Assembly: GCF_004010195.1 (NCBI RefSeq)
Contig: NC_057749.1
Location: 26,735,438 to 26,788,980 of the forward strand
Length of the DNA: 53,543 nt
Direction of reading: 5' to 3'
From: Chiloscyllium plagiosum
Lineage: Eukaryota
Shown here: positions 1 to 25,910 of the stretch, piece by piece
Layout of the letters: each line of letters begins with the position of its first letter
How positions within the stretch are numbered: the stretch's first letter is position 1
Position numbers and translations under genes: made by a program
The notes under the pieces: generated by a model
What the model saw: the letters and a program-made list of their open reading frames with translations, nothing else
Database searches by the model: none
What the model was told of the DNA's origin: nothing

Positions 1-150
1 CACTCACTCTGTCTCACTCACTCTGTCTCACTCTCTGACTCACTTTCTCTCTCACTCTCTCATGCTCTCTCACTGTCTCTCGCTTTCTCTCTTCTCACTC
101 ACTCACTCACTCACTCTCTCACTCACTCACTCACACTCTCTCTCTCTCAC
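1..150. repeat. CT/CACT microsatellite
   Basis: (CT)n and (CACT)n runs seen directly. Confidence 0.9.
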
Positions 151-491
151 TCTCAATGGCAGTTTACTCTCTGTCTAACTTTCAAAACACCTGCTTCTTT
201 ATATCCCAAACATCAGATCATCTCATTGGTTCCAAGCTGAAAAACCAATAAATTCATCAGCATTCACTCTCTCTCAAAGGTGTACAGTACACACCTTCAA
301 CTTCATAACACTTCTCTCTCTCTCTCACTCTCAATGGCAGTTTACTCTCTGTCTAACTTTCAAAACACCTGCTTCTTTATATCCCAAACATCAGATCATC
401 TCATTGGTTCCAAGCTGAAAAACCAATAAATTCATCAGCATTCACTCTCTCTCAAAGGTGTACAGTACACACCTTCAACTTCATAACACTT
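136..491. repeat. Perfect 178-bp tandem duplication (136-313, 314-491), possibly of an LTR end on the minus strand
   Basis: Two identical copies with period 178. The minus strand reads TGTTATGAAG... and carries CCAAT and TATAAA motifs. Confidence 0.85.
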
Positions 492-1010
492 GGATGAAGA
501 GACTGACTGTGTACAGGGGTGGTCCCCAATTTTATGAACATCAGACTTATGAATATTAGTACTAATTAATGTTCCTTCTTATGAACCTATACAGGGGTGT
601 AAACATAAAGACGTAAGAATATTTCTTGATGACCAGCAGCCTTACATTGTGCCACATTTGTATTCCAACTAGTTTACAAATCAACTTGCAAATTGACTTC
701 AAAATGAAATCCACTTACAACCTAGGTACTGCTGTAAATTTGTAGCAAATTTTGCTGATGATGGAAAGATGGATATGAAAGCAAATTGAGAATACCACGC
801 CATGCCAAGAGGACCCCTCGTTATGTCTGCACTGAAGCTGGGAGAGAAGAAAAACAACTCAAAGAAGGGGAGAAAAAAGAAAAAGAACAGGTGGAGCTCT
901 GGCTAAAGCAACCTCCTCCGCCATTACCTTGGATTACTGTAGAAGAACAGAAAAGCAGAATGTTATATTAAAAGAATCTGTGTGTCATCATGCATGAATT
1001 ATAAAATAAG

Positions 1011-1420
1011 CTTGAGGGTGTAGTAAATTGATCTGGAAGGCAAATGGAATCTTTGACCTTTATTGCAAGGGCTGGACTCTAAAAGTAGACTTATTCCAGC
1101 TGTACAGACTATTGATGAGACCACACGTAGATTTATTGTGTGCAGGTTTTGTCTTCTTGAGGGATATACTTGCATTGGAAGCAGTTCAGAAAACATTCAC
1201 TTGTCTGATTTTTATGGGAAGGGTTTGAGGAGGTTGGATTTATAATAACCGAAGTTTAACAGAATGAGAGGTGATTTGATTGAAATATATTTAGTTCTGA
1301 GGGGCTTTCAGTGTAGGATGCTCTTGAAGGGAGACATAATTTCAAAATAAGGAATTTTCCAACCAAGATGAGAAAAAATTAATCGGTTATTAGTCTTTGG
1401 AATTCTTTCCCCTAGTAGTG
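1011..1420 (+). mobile_element. Degenerate CR1 LINE ORF2 3' fragment
   Basis: Remnant motifs LFQLYRLLMRPHV and ...RGDLIEIY typical of the CR1 RT C-terminal region. Confidence 0.7.
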
Positions 1421-1471
1421 GTGATGAATTCATTAGGAAGAAAGAGTACTGCGGATGCTGGGGGTGAGGAT

Positions 1472-1632
1472 CGAGTGTGGTGCTGGCAAAGCACAGCAGG
1501 TGAGGCAGCATCCGAGGAGCAGGAGAGTCGATGTTTCGGGCCTTTCCTGATAAGGGGCTTATACCTGAAACATTGATTCTGCTGCTCCTCAGATGCTGCC
1601 TCACCTGCTGTGCTTTGCCAGCACCAAACTCG
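1472..1632. repeat. Inverted pair of Penelope-LTR-derived repeat fragments forming a ~69-bp-stem hairpin
   Basis: 1472-1540 is the reverse complement of 1564-1632 with about 6 mismatches. Confidence 0.85.
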
Positions 1633-2146
1633 TGGTTAATTCATTGCATATATTAAATGTTGAGTTCGACAAAGTTTTGATAATGATGGGGGTAAGGTAT
1701 TTTGTTCTTTCATTGGTTGCGGGCATCGCTGACAAGACCAGCATTTATTGCCTATCCCCAATTACTCCTGAATAGAGGGAGGGCCAAGTAAAGTAAACGA
1801 ATTTGAACTTGACACAAAAGCAAGATACTGTGGATGCTGAAAATATGAAGTAAAAATAGAAACAGCTGTAAATACTCACTGTGTCTAACAGAATTCTGAT
1901 AAACATCATCTTTTTGTCCCTCCAAAAATGCTAGGCCAAGTATTTCTAGAATTTTCTATTTCAATTTAAATTTGAATGGTTAGAAGTTAGTATCTAATTG
2001 GCTATTGGAGAATATCTTTGGAATAGTTTAAAAATCTCAAGCAAGTAATTGCTTTAGAAGAATGAAATAAAATTTCAAAATTTGTACTAGCCAGTTATGA
2101 GTAATGAGGTTAACATTTTGGGAGGAGGACAATGCTGTTTTACTAA

Positions 2147-15014
<12,868 letters not shown>

Positions 15015-18000
15015 AAGTAAAATGTGCAAGACTTTGTGATTCAAAACTTCAAGGATTTTGTATCAGACAAGGAAGAAAACAATTTGGAGTATAACATCTC
15101 CTCCCCAATGAAAAGGAACAAATGCAGAAAAAAAACAGAACTAGAAATGTTGCATTTAAAGATCCAGGTTCTCGTGTTGCAGTTTATTTACAATGTGAGG
15201 CAAAAAGTGTGTGGAAACTATTCAGCTTTCGCAATGCCAGATATATTTTAACACTGCCATTTTTAATTAGGACATCAAATATTAAATAATGAGAAAATCA
15301 TCAGAACACTGGATTCCAATGCTGACATAAAACATTGATCTTTCTAGTCTATAAAGAAAACATGCGTGGCTTGGCAAATTCCAAATTTTAAATCAAACAC
15401 CATGCAGATTAAAAGGTGCTCAGATTTTTTAAAAATTTGGTCTGACGACTAACATAAAGAAAACATACAAGTCAACTTTTTGCACAGTACATTGCCACAG
15501 CAGCTGAGTGAAGAATTTACACAATCAGTAAGATGCAGTATGTGCTACATCACTTTAGTTTGCTGGCCCAAACATCTATTTCTGTGTCATCCCAAACACC
15601 TGTCCAAGCATAGGTTCCACATAAACAAACCCTAAATGTTAGTTGTGCTGGTGCTGTCAAGAAATAAATAGCTATGATTGTTAAGGCAAATATCAAAAGA
15701 GCTAAAGATCTTAAACATGAGTTTTCATGGGTATTATCTAGATATCCAAGAAACCGAAACCTGACTTAAGTTCAGACAGGTAGTAGACGTGGTAAGTAAA
15801 TGTGGCTGTTTTTATGTATTTGTGCCAAATTTGTGAGCTGTTTCAAATGGTAACTGTTTTGGAAGAATGCTGGCTCATGGATGCAGTGGTTGGATTTGGG
15901 CCTCCTGCTATCGTCCATTGATTGCCAGTTCTCAACTTGGATCAGTCAATAGAACGTACAGCCAGAGCACAGTCACTTCAAATATCAGGAAATGCAGTTC
16001 GATTGCATAACATCCCATTCTATATAATTTCTGGAAACTGTTCAGAATGCTGTTAATCATGGTTATAAAATCTGCCTTAAGTTGTTCCTTCTTTTAAAAT
16101 ACTGTCTCATTTGTTTGTAGTGAAAGGCAGCAATAAACAGATTTTCTTAAACAAAGAAGATAAGTACATTAAGTAATTGGTGAACAGCTGTCACTGCATG
16201 TTACACACATCTTGCTAATCTCCAAATATAATAAAGCCATGTAAAATCAAACTGAACAAATCCTTGCTTTAAGAATATTGTACAATGTTCCAATTTATTA
16301 TACTAACATTCTCATGCAAAAATGATCAACGATTTATTAAGTGATGCTGCATATCCAGGAATGCCAATTGTTCATGCCAAACTACAGCACGTCTTTGGTC
16401 TCTTTGTGTATCTATGCAGGGAGCCATAGAAATGGGAATTTTCTTTCCAAATTAGTGCTTAGTCAGGGTGGGGAAATCACTTAACTGGTCAGCTGAAATT
16501 TCTTTACCAAATTATTCCCTTTTTATAGCTGGTAATTCAAGGCAATCCTGCAAATATTCTTCAATCTGAGCAAAAAGTTAGCTGCTGTAGCCAATGAGGT
16601 GTCATTGTAAAACTCCAGTTGCAAAAGTTGTGATATTTGAAGAACCACCATGTTTCCTCCTTTTGGTGCACTGGATTATGAGCACTGTGCAACTTTGGTC
16701 ATCTCCTCCATACCCAGTATAATGTCTATATCGTGTATGTGGTAGGTCAACCATTTGATTTGCTCCTTATCTGATCTACCAGTGGACATGGACAATAACT
16801 ATTTATTCTACAGATTGAGTCTTGGTGACACCAGTAACAAATGATATTGAAATGTTTCAGGCAGGGAAGGTTGGTTTTAGATGTGAGAGTTGATTCAAAC
16901 CCCTAAAACTAATCCTGCCTTTTCCTGGGTATCACTGGAGGAGGCTTCCAAGGCAAGTGAGCACACTCTTTGGCTCTTTTTGGGAAAATAAAGATACTTG
17001 AAAAGCCAATTAAACACTGTTTTAACCCTCAATTCTGAGTTCAACAGCCAGAACATCTGACCAGTCAGAAACCTGCCATGATCGGTGAGCTGAGTGCTGA
17101 GCAGAATTAACTTCTTCATTGAAGCTGATGAAGGTGGTAAGGCTTTGATAAGTGAAACTGGAGCATTTCAAAATGGGAAATAGTTGTACATAACACTCTC
17201 TGAGAGAAAAAGTGTTATCATTGTCAGACAAATGATTTCTAACTTCCTGAAAGGCACTTCACTTTACTAGCTTTGCACTTATTTTCAGCTGCCAGTCTTT
17301 GAAATGGCATAGGAACAGGTTTATGTAGCTTTGTGTTGCACCTGAGATATTGGAGAGGAAGGCGCAACATGAAGCTGCAGCATCAGCTGCCTTCTCTTCA
17401 ACAACATGGTCATCCACAGAGCAGTGGGGATGGCTACTGAACCCTAGAGACGACCTTTGCCCAATCCAACACATTCTACAAGTAGATCAGCTTCCAGTAT
17501 CTCCCAGTGCTTCAGGCATTTGAGGTAGGACAATACTGATATCTATAGTCTCCTGGAACAAGATTCCATCCCAATGCTACGTTGGCAGTGTGTGATAAGC
17601 TGTGTGTCATCAGAGAACTATTCCTCCTTACTATCTGCTGGTTCTCTGTCTCTACAACAAAAGTCAATCAGTGTGTAATGTTCTGAATGGAGAGGATGGA
17701 AGGGAAACATTTGTGGAGAGTGTGATGTGGTTGTGGGAGGGCAATGAGGTGGGTGTGACAATTGGCTGCTTCCATGGTAATGTGATGTGTCTGCAGAAAG
17801 ACAAAATGAATAATGTTGCAAGGTGTGCCTTGAGAGTGCTATGCAGGAGATTGATGGAAACATTATGGGGCTTGAAAACTGGGAGTGTTATGCCCATTTG
17901 CCATGCTCTTCTGAGAGCCTGGATTTTTTTTTCGAAGCTTTGTCTTAAGGTTGGAGACATCACATTTGTTGACTTCCTCAATCAATCCCATCATGTCTCC

Positions 18001-19320
18001 TTGATTTGAGGGACCCACCTTCTATTTTTAGAAACATTCACCTCACCACAACCCCTCAATCCCATAGTTGGTTCTCCAGCTAAGTGAGATCCCTTTGAAC
18101 GATTTTTCCAGGTGTCTTCTCTATTCTTGCAACCTCATAAATCCATGTGCTGGTAAACTGTATTAATCGATGCTGTGGTTCTTTTTAATTGAAAAAACCT
18201 TTCCTTTGACAGAATGGAGGCATTATCTTGCATGCTTTCCAGGATGGTTAATACATCTGGAGCAAGAGGCTAAGGTTGTTGCCTAGTTAAAATTTGGCAA
18301 AGCTGCTCGAGCTATCAACAGGTTCCATAAAATGGTCCTGCTATTTGTGCAGGTGCCAAGTTGGGAAATTTCCACCTGCTAAGTCAGTTTGATTTTTTTT
18401 TAACCAGCTATATGATATTTAATTCTGTCTAAATTTAGTCACCTTAGTTTATGCCCTAATGCAAAGTCATTTTTTTGTACAGTATATTACATCTAGTGAC
18501 ACACTGAAAGCAGTTGTCCCTTTATGAAGACAGTGCTGTGATAACAGTAGTCTAGGTAACATGAAATAATACTTTTATTGTCTACATGTGGTTAAAAAAG
18601 CTAATGTTTACATTTTTTTGTTGTGAATGATAAACTTCACAAAAATGTGTTTGGTAGGTTTGTATGTTATGGAAACTTTTCACTTTTGGTCCTCAATGAC
18701 AATTCACATGATTATACTAATTGTGACATTGAGGTGAAATAGCTGTTTAAATCTCCTCATTTTGTGAAGTTGGATTTTTAGTGTCTTATCACATTCTCAA
18801 ACACTTAAGAGCTAATGAATTAGTTTTGAAGTGCTGTTGTTACAGATGGGAAAATTTGGCAACTGTATTCCTAACAAATCTTAGATGAGGTTAGTAGGCC
18901 ACTGAAAAAAGTCTGCCTGCTCTTTGAATAAAACCATGCATATTTCCTTTCAAGCTGAATTGGAGCCGATGTTAAACATATTCCCCAAAAGCTGATGCCT
19001 ATAAACTTAGCACTCCCCAAATTCAGCACTCAGGTGGCAGTGTAGGTTGTGTGCTGTGTCCTGAGAGTCCTAACAAGATGACTTGATCAAAGACATGTTT
19101 AAGACATGTCTTCCTCCTCATTTTATACAGCTATTGCTGTGATACTTCTGGAAAAGATGTGTTATTTAGAGGAATGTCCCATGTCATTTATGTGCAAAGA
19201 ATGTACCTTTTAAAAATATGTAGAAGAATGAATCTTTAGACAAGTGCATTGGGAAAACTGACAAAAAGCAACAAGTGTTATACAACAATAAACTTTTTTT
19301 AAAGTTGAATCCAATGTTTA
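15015..19320 (+). other. Putative long 3' UTR of the RAS gene with candidate polyadenylation signals (AATAAA at 15663 and 19287)
   Basis: About 4.3 kb AT-rich stretch lacking young repeats after the stop codon; AATAAA at 19287-19292 is followed by T-rich sequence. The end point is inferred. Confidence 0.4.
18790..19070 (-). mobile_element. Ancient Deu-domain SINE remnant (SacSINE1/AmnSINE1-like)
   Basis: Resembles, from memory, the reverse DeuSINE consensus (ctgctcttcgaatagtgccatg...tttaacgtctcatccgaaag...gcactccctcag...gtgctc). A related tail fragment lies at ~28630-28740. Confidence 0.45.
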
Positions 19321-19703
19321 CTTCATTACTTTATCTTTTTCAATAATACTCAATTCAAGTTTTCTTCTCGCCTGATTTGCTAAAATTTAACTCCAATTTT
19401 AGCCAATCTTTTCAAGCCATTTTATTTCCCTCTGATTTTAAATTTACTGATCACATTGTTCTAAATTATTTAACCTATCTCACAGAAGGAGGCCAGATAG
19501 TGTCAGCTCCCTCTAGACCAATCCAGTCTGCCCCACACTCCATTGCTTGGTTCATCCATCCAATCCAATCTCCTTTTGTGATCATTGACTGTTTACACTT
19601 TCAATATCTTTTTGTGGGCAGCAAATTCTAAGTCATTATTATCTGTGGTGTAAAAAAAGATAATTTTCACATTTTCCCCCTGCTGCACTTGCTAAAAAAA
19701 AGA

Positions 19704-20400
19704 GACCTTGGAGTGTAGGTTCAAAGCTCCTAGAAAGTAGAGTCGCAGATACATAGGATAGTGAAGAAGGTGTTTGATATGCTTTCCTTCAATGGTCAGA
19801 ACATTGAATATAAAAGTTGGGAAGTCATGTTGCGGCTGTACAGGACGTTGGTTAGGCCACTTTTGGAATATTGCATGCAATTCTGGTCTTCTTCCGATGT
19901 TGTGAAACTTTAAAGGGTTCAGAAAAGATTTACAAGGATGTTGCCAGGGTTGGAGGATTTGAGCTACAGGGGGAGGGTGAATAGGCTGGGGCTGTTTTCC
20001 CTGTAACGTCAAAGGCTGAGAGGTAACCACAGAGAGGTTTATAAAATCATGAGGGACATGGATAAGATAAATAGACACAGTTTTTTCCCTGGGGTGGGGG
20101 GAGTCTAGAACAAGAGGGCATAGGTTTAGGGTGAGAGGAGAAAGATATAAAAGAGATCTAAGGGGCAACATTTTCACGCAGAGGGTGGTGAATGTATGCA
20201 ATGAGCCGCCAGAGGAATTGGTGGATGCTGGTAAAATTGCAACATTCAAAAGGCATCTGCATGGGTATATGAATATGAATGGTGTAGAGGGATATGGGCC
20301 AAGCGCTGGCAAATGGGACTAGATTAGGTTTGGATATCTGGTGGGCAAGGACGAGTTGGACGAAGGGTCTGTTTCCATGATGTACATCTCTATGACTCTG
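19704..20400 (+). mobile_element. CR1 LINE 3' fragment
   Basis: LYRTLVRPLLEYCMQFWS, RGERYKRDLRGNIFTQRVVNV and 3' tail. Confidence 0.88.
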
Positions 20401-20959
20401 AGTTCCAAGCTCTGGTTGTGGCACAAGAACTTTCCCAATCCTCTTGCTCCCATTTATGTTGCCATTCCCATGTCCTTTCGAGGTATCTTGTTTCTGTGGA
20501 CCCCCTTTATATTACAATTAATATATCGACTTAATCTCCAAAGCCCATGACTAAAAACTATAATGCTCGGGATGGCCTTACTCCTTTCCCATGTATAGGC
20601 CAGAATGACCTGTAAGAACCCTCACTTCCTGGGGCTCTCAGTCTCCTCCTATTCTCTGTGATGTCCCACCCTATTATCCAGAACTGTCCCCTAACACAAT
20701 GACCATTCCCTCAACGACCCAGTACAATGAAGCCCATCATTTAGTTACCCATTTTCTCCAGGTCATCATGGACTGACACGTGATAAGCCCATGACCATTA
20801 TTGACTAAAATCCCAACAGTGACCATGGCCTAAAATGATTTGACAGCCCTGACAAAGCTCAATCTAGGCTTGGACTGATTGCTCAACAGCACCCCACTAA
20901 ACTACTTGAAATTCCTGGATTAGTTGTAGTTGTTGGAGTTGACCACGGTGTTGGAGTTA

Positions 20960-22395
20960 ATTTACAGATTAGCTAAGGAGCTGTACCAAAGGCTAAAATA
21001 CTTAGTAGAAGACTCACGCCACTCCATCCACTCCACCCAAGAATCCCTGAAGACCATCAAAGACACCAAGATAGAAGAGGACAAAATAATGGTCTCCTTT
21101 AACATAACAGCCTTGGTTACATCCATCAACATCAACCTGGCCAAGGAAACACTTACTGCACTATTAGAAGAACCAAAGACACATACAGCACCAACTTCAT
21201 CAGCAAGGACAATATCGTCAAGCTAGTGTACCTATGCCTTACCACCCACTTCACCTTCAACAACAAAACCTACAGACAAACCAACGAAACATCCAGGGGA
21301 TCTCCGATATCAGGGTTCTTAGCAGAGGTAGTAATGCAGAGACTCGAACAAAGAGCTCTGCCAACCATCCCATCCAAACTTTGGTTCTGCTACGTGGATG
21401 ACACCTTTGTCATCACGAAATGAAACAGTCTTGAAGGTTTTCTCTAATTTATCAATAATACCCTTACTGGCATAAAATTCACTAAAGTTGAGGAAAACGA
21501 CAACAAACTGCCATTCCTACATGTTGCAAACAGCCAATGGAGAGCTTCAAACCAGCGTCTACAGGAAAACAACACAGACGGATCAAATGCTGAACTACAT
21601 AAGCAATCATCCCAACACCCACAAATGAAACTGCATTAGGATATTATTTCAACAAGCCACCACACACTACAGATTAGTGGAACTATGAAGAGCAGAGGAA
21701 AATCACCTATACAACGAATTCAAAAAGAATGGGGTACCCAATGAAGATAGTTCACCGATTTCTCAGCAACAAACCCAAACAAGCAGACAAAACACATCCA
21801 GAAATCCTAGCCATTCTCCCCTACATCAAAGACATCTCAGAAATGACTGCCAGACTACTCAGATGTCTTGGCATCATGGTAGCCCACAAACCCACCAACA
21901 CACTAATACAGCAGCTAATGAACTTTAAAGACAGATAACAAGCAAAAGTAATGTCATTTACAAAATACCTTGCAAGAACTGTAACAAATACTACATTGGA
22001 CAAACAGGCAGAAAAACTAGCCACCAGGATACATGAACGTCATCTAGCAACTAATATCTTTACATACAGGTGAGGAAGGACACCACTTCGGCTGGGACAA
22101 CACATCCATCCTAGGACAAGCCAAACAGAGACACGTGCAAGAATTCCTAGAAGCATAGCATTCCATCGGGAACTCTATCAATAAACACATTGACTTGGAT
22201 CCCATTTAGCCCTTGAGAAAAAGAACAGGAAATGACATCACCACAGGAAGTTATGTCACCAAACCCAAAGAAACATAAACACATAAATAAAAAGCAGGCC
22301 ATACCAGCAGTGCTTCATCTGGAGGATCACTGATGATGTTACCTAGTGTGATGACGAAACATCTAAAAACAAATCAGCGATCAAAACTATATCTG
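20960..22395 (+). mobile_element. Penelope-like retroelement (RT + GIY-YIG endonuclease + terminal repeat with hammerhead motif), decayed
   Basis: GSPISGFLAE, WFCYVDDTF (YVDD at 21391), VIYKIPCKNCNKYYIGQTG; CTGATGA-T-GTTAC...TGAC-GAAACATC at 22330-22363. Confidence 0.9.
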
Positions 22396-23723
22396 GAATT
22401 GACCATGGCCCAGTCCCCAGACTTTTGTAGACCCAAGTGCCTGACTGACAATGGTCAAGCCCCTTTACTGGAATTGGACAAGATTCTTAACTGACCATAA
22501 GCCCCTTCATCTCACCAAGGACTGTTTCCCTTTGACTTTTTAAGTAGATGTGTTTGCTGTACAAACTGCAGGCACATATGAGAGATGTTGACATAGCATA
22601 GCGCTACACAGTGACATATCCATCCCCTTGACTGTTCAGTGCATCCTGCAGTCACTAGCAGTCTGCCTCTCCCTATGTGCTAAAAGGCAATGCTATCCAA
22701 AGAGGCTGGCAATGTTGTCTGTAAGTCAATGTTGAAGTCAGCGAGTGTGTCCTAAGAAAGCAATGCGAAGGAGACAGAGGTAGGTAACCTCCAGTAAAGG
22801 AAAAGTGAGAAGCACTAAGAACGCAAGCTGTAATGGGAATTAAATAAGATTTTATAAAAAGAGGTTACTCTAAGGGTTCACATCAGCAGAAATGAAGAGA
22901 AATCTTCAAAATACAAATTTTGACCTTGACAGCTGACTAGAGGGTATAAATAGACCCTTGTACATAGGATAAGAGAAAGACCTAGAATGGAAGATATCTG
23001 TTTGTTATACAAGAATGAGATGTAAACAATATATGCATATAAAGGTTGATACTCAGTGAGTCTGACAGCATCTTTTCATTTGAGTCCGGTGACTTTTCAT
23101 TAGAACTTGATGTGTTCATGAACAGTTGTTGGATTCAAAAGGTTAACACTGCTTTACTTTCTAGAGATGCTGCGAGAAATGCTGAGTTTATTCAGCAATT
23201 TCTGTTAATGTTTCAGATCTTCAGCATCGGCAGTTTGTTTTCATTTACATGAAGGTTGATGATCTTCTCCACATATTGGACAGACATGGGGCCAAGATTG
23301 GACAGATGTATGAGACTGACATGGGTTTGAGTTTGCTCAGAGGTAGAACAAAGCCTGGCAAATCTGGGACAGAGGATTATACAGAATTCTATTCAGCCAG
23401 TCTAAGGCTGAGATTGTTTGAGGTTCACCCACACACTTGAATGCTCCTGTAATTTGTGCAGGAAGAAATTAACAAAGTTAAGACCCACTGGATGCATCCT
23501 ACACAGCTGTCTGTATGTCTGTGTACAAAATGACCTGGCAGAAGTCTCAGGTATCCATCAGCTCCAAACTATTGAAGAGCTGAAGCGGTGTGGAGTTTGA
23601 CCAAGAGCAGTCATGATGGTGTGGTGCAACTGGTGCTTTGCCAATTGCCAACTTACGTAAATGAAATGTCACGGAGAATGGAAGCCATGGAACGTGCAGG
23701 GAGATTGTCGTGATGGAAGAGTT

Positions 23724-25400
23724 ATAAGAACAAGGAGCAGGAGTAGGCCATCTGGGCCTTCAAGCCAGCTCCGCCATTCAATAAGATCATGGCTGATCTT
23801 TTTGTGGCCTCAGCTCCACTTCCCATTCTCTCACAATAACCTTTACTAATATTTATCTTAGCTTTAAAACATTTACTGAGGAAGCCTCAATTACTTCACT
23901 GGATAGGGAATTCCATAGTTTCACAACCTTCTGGGTGAAGTTTCTTCTCAATTCAGTCCTAAATCTGATCCCCCTAATTTTGAGGCTATGCCCTCCTTTC
24001 CTAGTTTCATCCACCAGTGGAAACATCCTCTCTACTTCTATCTAATCTAGTCCCTTTGTAATTTTATATGTTTCCAAAGATCCCCTCTCATTCTTCTAAA
24101 TTCCAATGAATAAAATTCCAGACTACTAAGTCTCTACTCCCAGGGCAACTGCCTCAACTCCAGAATCAACCCAGTGAACCTCCTCTGCACCCCTCTAGTG
24201 CCAGTACATCCTTTCTCAAGTAAGTAGACCAAAACTGCACACCATACTCAAGTTGTGGCCTCACCAGCATCCTATCCAGCTGCAACATAACCTCCCTGCT
24301 TTTAAACTCAATCCCTTTAGCAATGAAGGACAAAATTCCATTTGCCTTCTTGTTGCAACTGCAGACCATGCACAAGGAGACCCAGGACCCTCTACACAGC
24401 AGCATGTTGCAATCTTTTACCATTCAAGAAATAGTCATTTTTACTGTTATTTCTACCAAAATGGATGACTTCACATTTATTAACATTATACTACATCTGC
24501 CAAATCTTCACCCACTCACTTAAGCTATCTATATTCCTCTGCAAAGTTTCACAACCCTTTGCACACTTTGCTCTACCACTTATCTTTAGTGCCATCCCCA
24601 AACTTTGATACACTACACATGGTCCCCAACTCCAAATTATCTATATAAATTCTGAATAATTGCAGTCCCAATACTGAGTTAGCGGCACGGTGGCACAGTG
24701 GTTAGCACTGCTGCCTCACAGCGCCAGAGACCCGGGTTCAATTCCCACCTCAGGCGACTGACTGTGTGGAGTTTGCACGTTCTCCCCGTGTCTGTGTGGG
24801 TTTCCTCCGGGTGCTCCGGTTTCCTCCCACAGTCCAAAGATGTGCAGGGTCAGGTGAATTGGCCATACTAAATTGCCCGTAGTGTTAGGTAAGGGGTAAA
24901 TGTAGGGGTATGGGTGGGTTTCGCTTCGGCGGGTCGGTGTGGACTTGCTGGGCCGAAGGGCCTGTTTCCACACTGTAATCTAATCTAATCTAATCTAATC
25001 TAATCTAATCTGATCCCTGAGGCACACCACTAGTCACTGCCAACCAGAAAAGTACTCATTTATCCCTACTCTTTGCTTCCAGTTAGTTAACCAATCCTCG
25101 ATCCATGCTAATATATTGCCCTTAACACCTTGCATCTTTATCTTATGCAGCAGCCTTTTGTGTGGCACCTTGTCGAATGCCTTTTGGAAATCTAGATACA
25201 CCACATCTACTGGGTCCCCATTGTCCATTGTACTTGTAACGTCTTCATAAAATTCCAGTAGATTAGTTAAGCATGACCTGCCCTTCATGAACCTGTGCTG
25301 CGACTGCCCAATGGGACAATTTCTATCGCGTTGCCTTGCTATTTCTTCTTCAGTAATAGACTCAACATTTTCCCTACGACAGAATTAAGCTAACCAGTCC
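23724..25400 (-). mobile_element. CR1 LINE RT/3' fragment, interrupted by an HE1 SINE
   Basis: KGRSCLTNLLEFYEDVT...VDVVYLDFQKAFDKVPHKRLL; LVRPQLEYGVQFWS. Confidence 0.9.
24682..25010 (+). mobile_element. Young full-length HE1-type shark SINE
   Basis: A box TGGCACAGTGG 24691-24701, B box GGTTCAATTCC 24735-24745, CpG-rich V-SINE-like body, (TAATC)7 tail 24976-25010, short CTGA duplication at the flanks. Confidence 0.88.
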
Positions 25401-25769
25401 AGAATTCCCCATCTTTTGGATGGTAACCTAGACAAGCAGCAGCTATCAATACCCATTTGACTTACAGTTGAGAATTTGCACTGTCTAGCTTTTCAGGGAA
25501 GAAGAGAATTGGAAGTAAATAAATAGATGAGGTGAGTTGGAATATTAATGAAATACTAATGTATGAAAATTAGATGGTTATCGCTCAAAGGTGAGAATCT
25601 GAAGTCAGCAATTAGGCTTAAGGGGAAACTAACCAAACATTTTCTTGATGTCATGATTCTGATTTTTTTCATTTCCTCTTTTCATTTTCCAACTTTCTTA
25701 CCATTGCTCACAATACCAAGAGGTGTGATGCTGGAAAAGCACAGCCAGTAAGGCAGTGCCCGAATAGCA

Positions 25770-25910
25770 GGAGTGTTGATGTTTCAAGCATAAGCTCTTC
25801 ATCATTCCAGCAATGTAACTCTCCTGCTCCTCAGCCTTACTGGTTGTGGTTTCTCAGCACCACACTTTTTTGACTCTGATCTCCAGCATTTGCAGCCCTC
25901 ACTTTCTCCA
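25770..25910. repeat. Inverted pair of Penelope-LTR-derived fragments (diverged)
   Basis: gtgtgatgctggaaaagcacagccagtaaggc ... gccttactggttgtggtttctcagcaccacac are complementary. Confidence 0.6.

Noticed and set aside
17602..18009. 135-aa ORF with a VMCLQ motif reminiscent of a LINE endonuclease
   Set aside because: Similarity is too weak to call by eye; it may be old repeat debris.
20934..22408. Possible TSD for the first Penelope element (TGGAGTTGACCACGG / TGGAATTGACCATGG)
   Set aside because: It has mismatches, the boundaries are unclear, and GACCATGG-like words recur in the flanks.
24682..24760. tRNA gene candidate
   Set aside because: The A/B boxes are the head of an HE1 SINE; they continue into the SINE body and TAATC tail.
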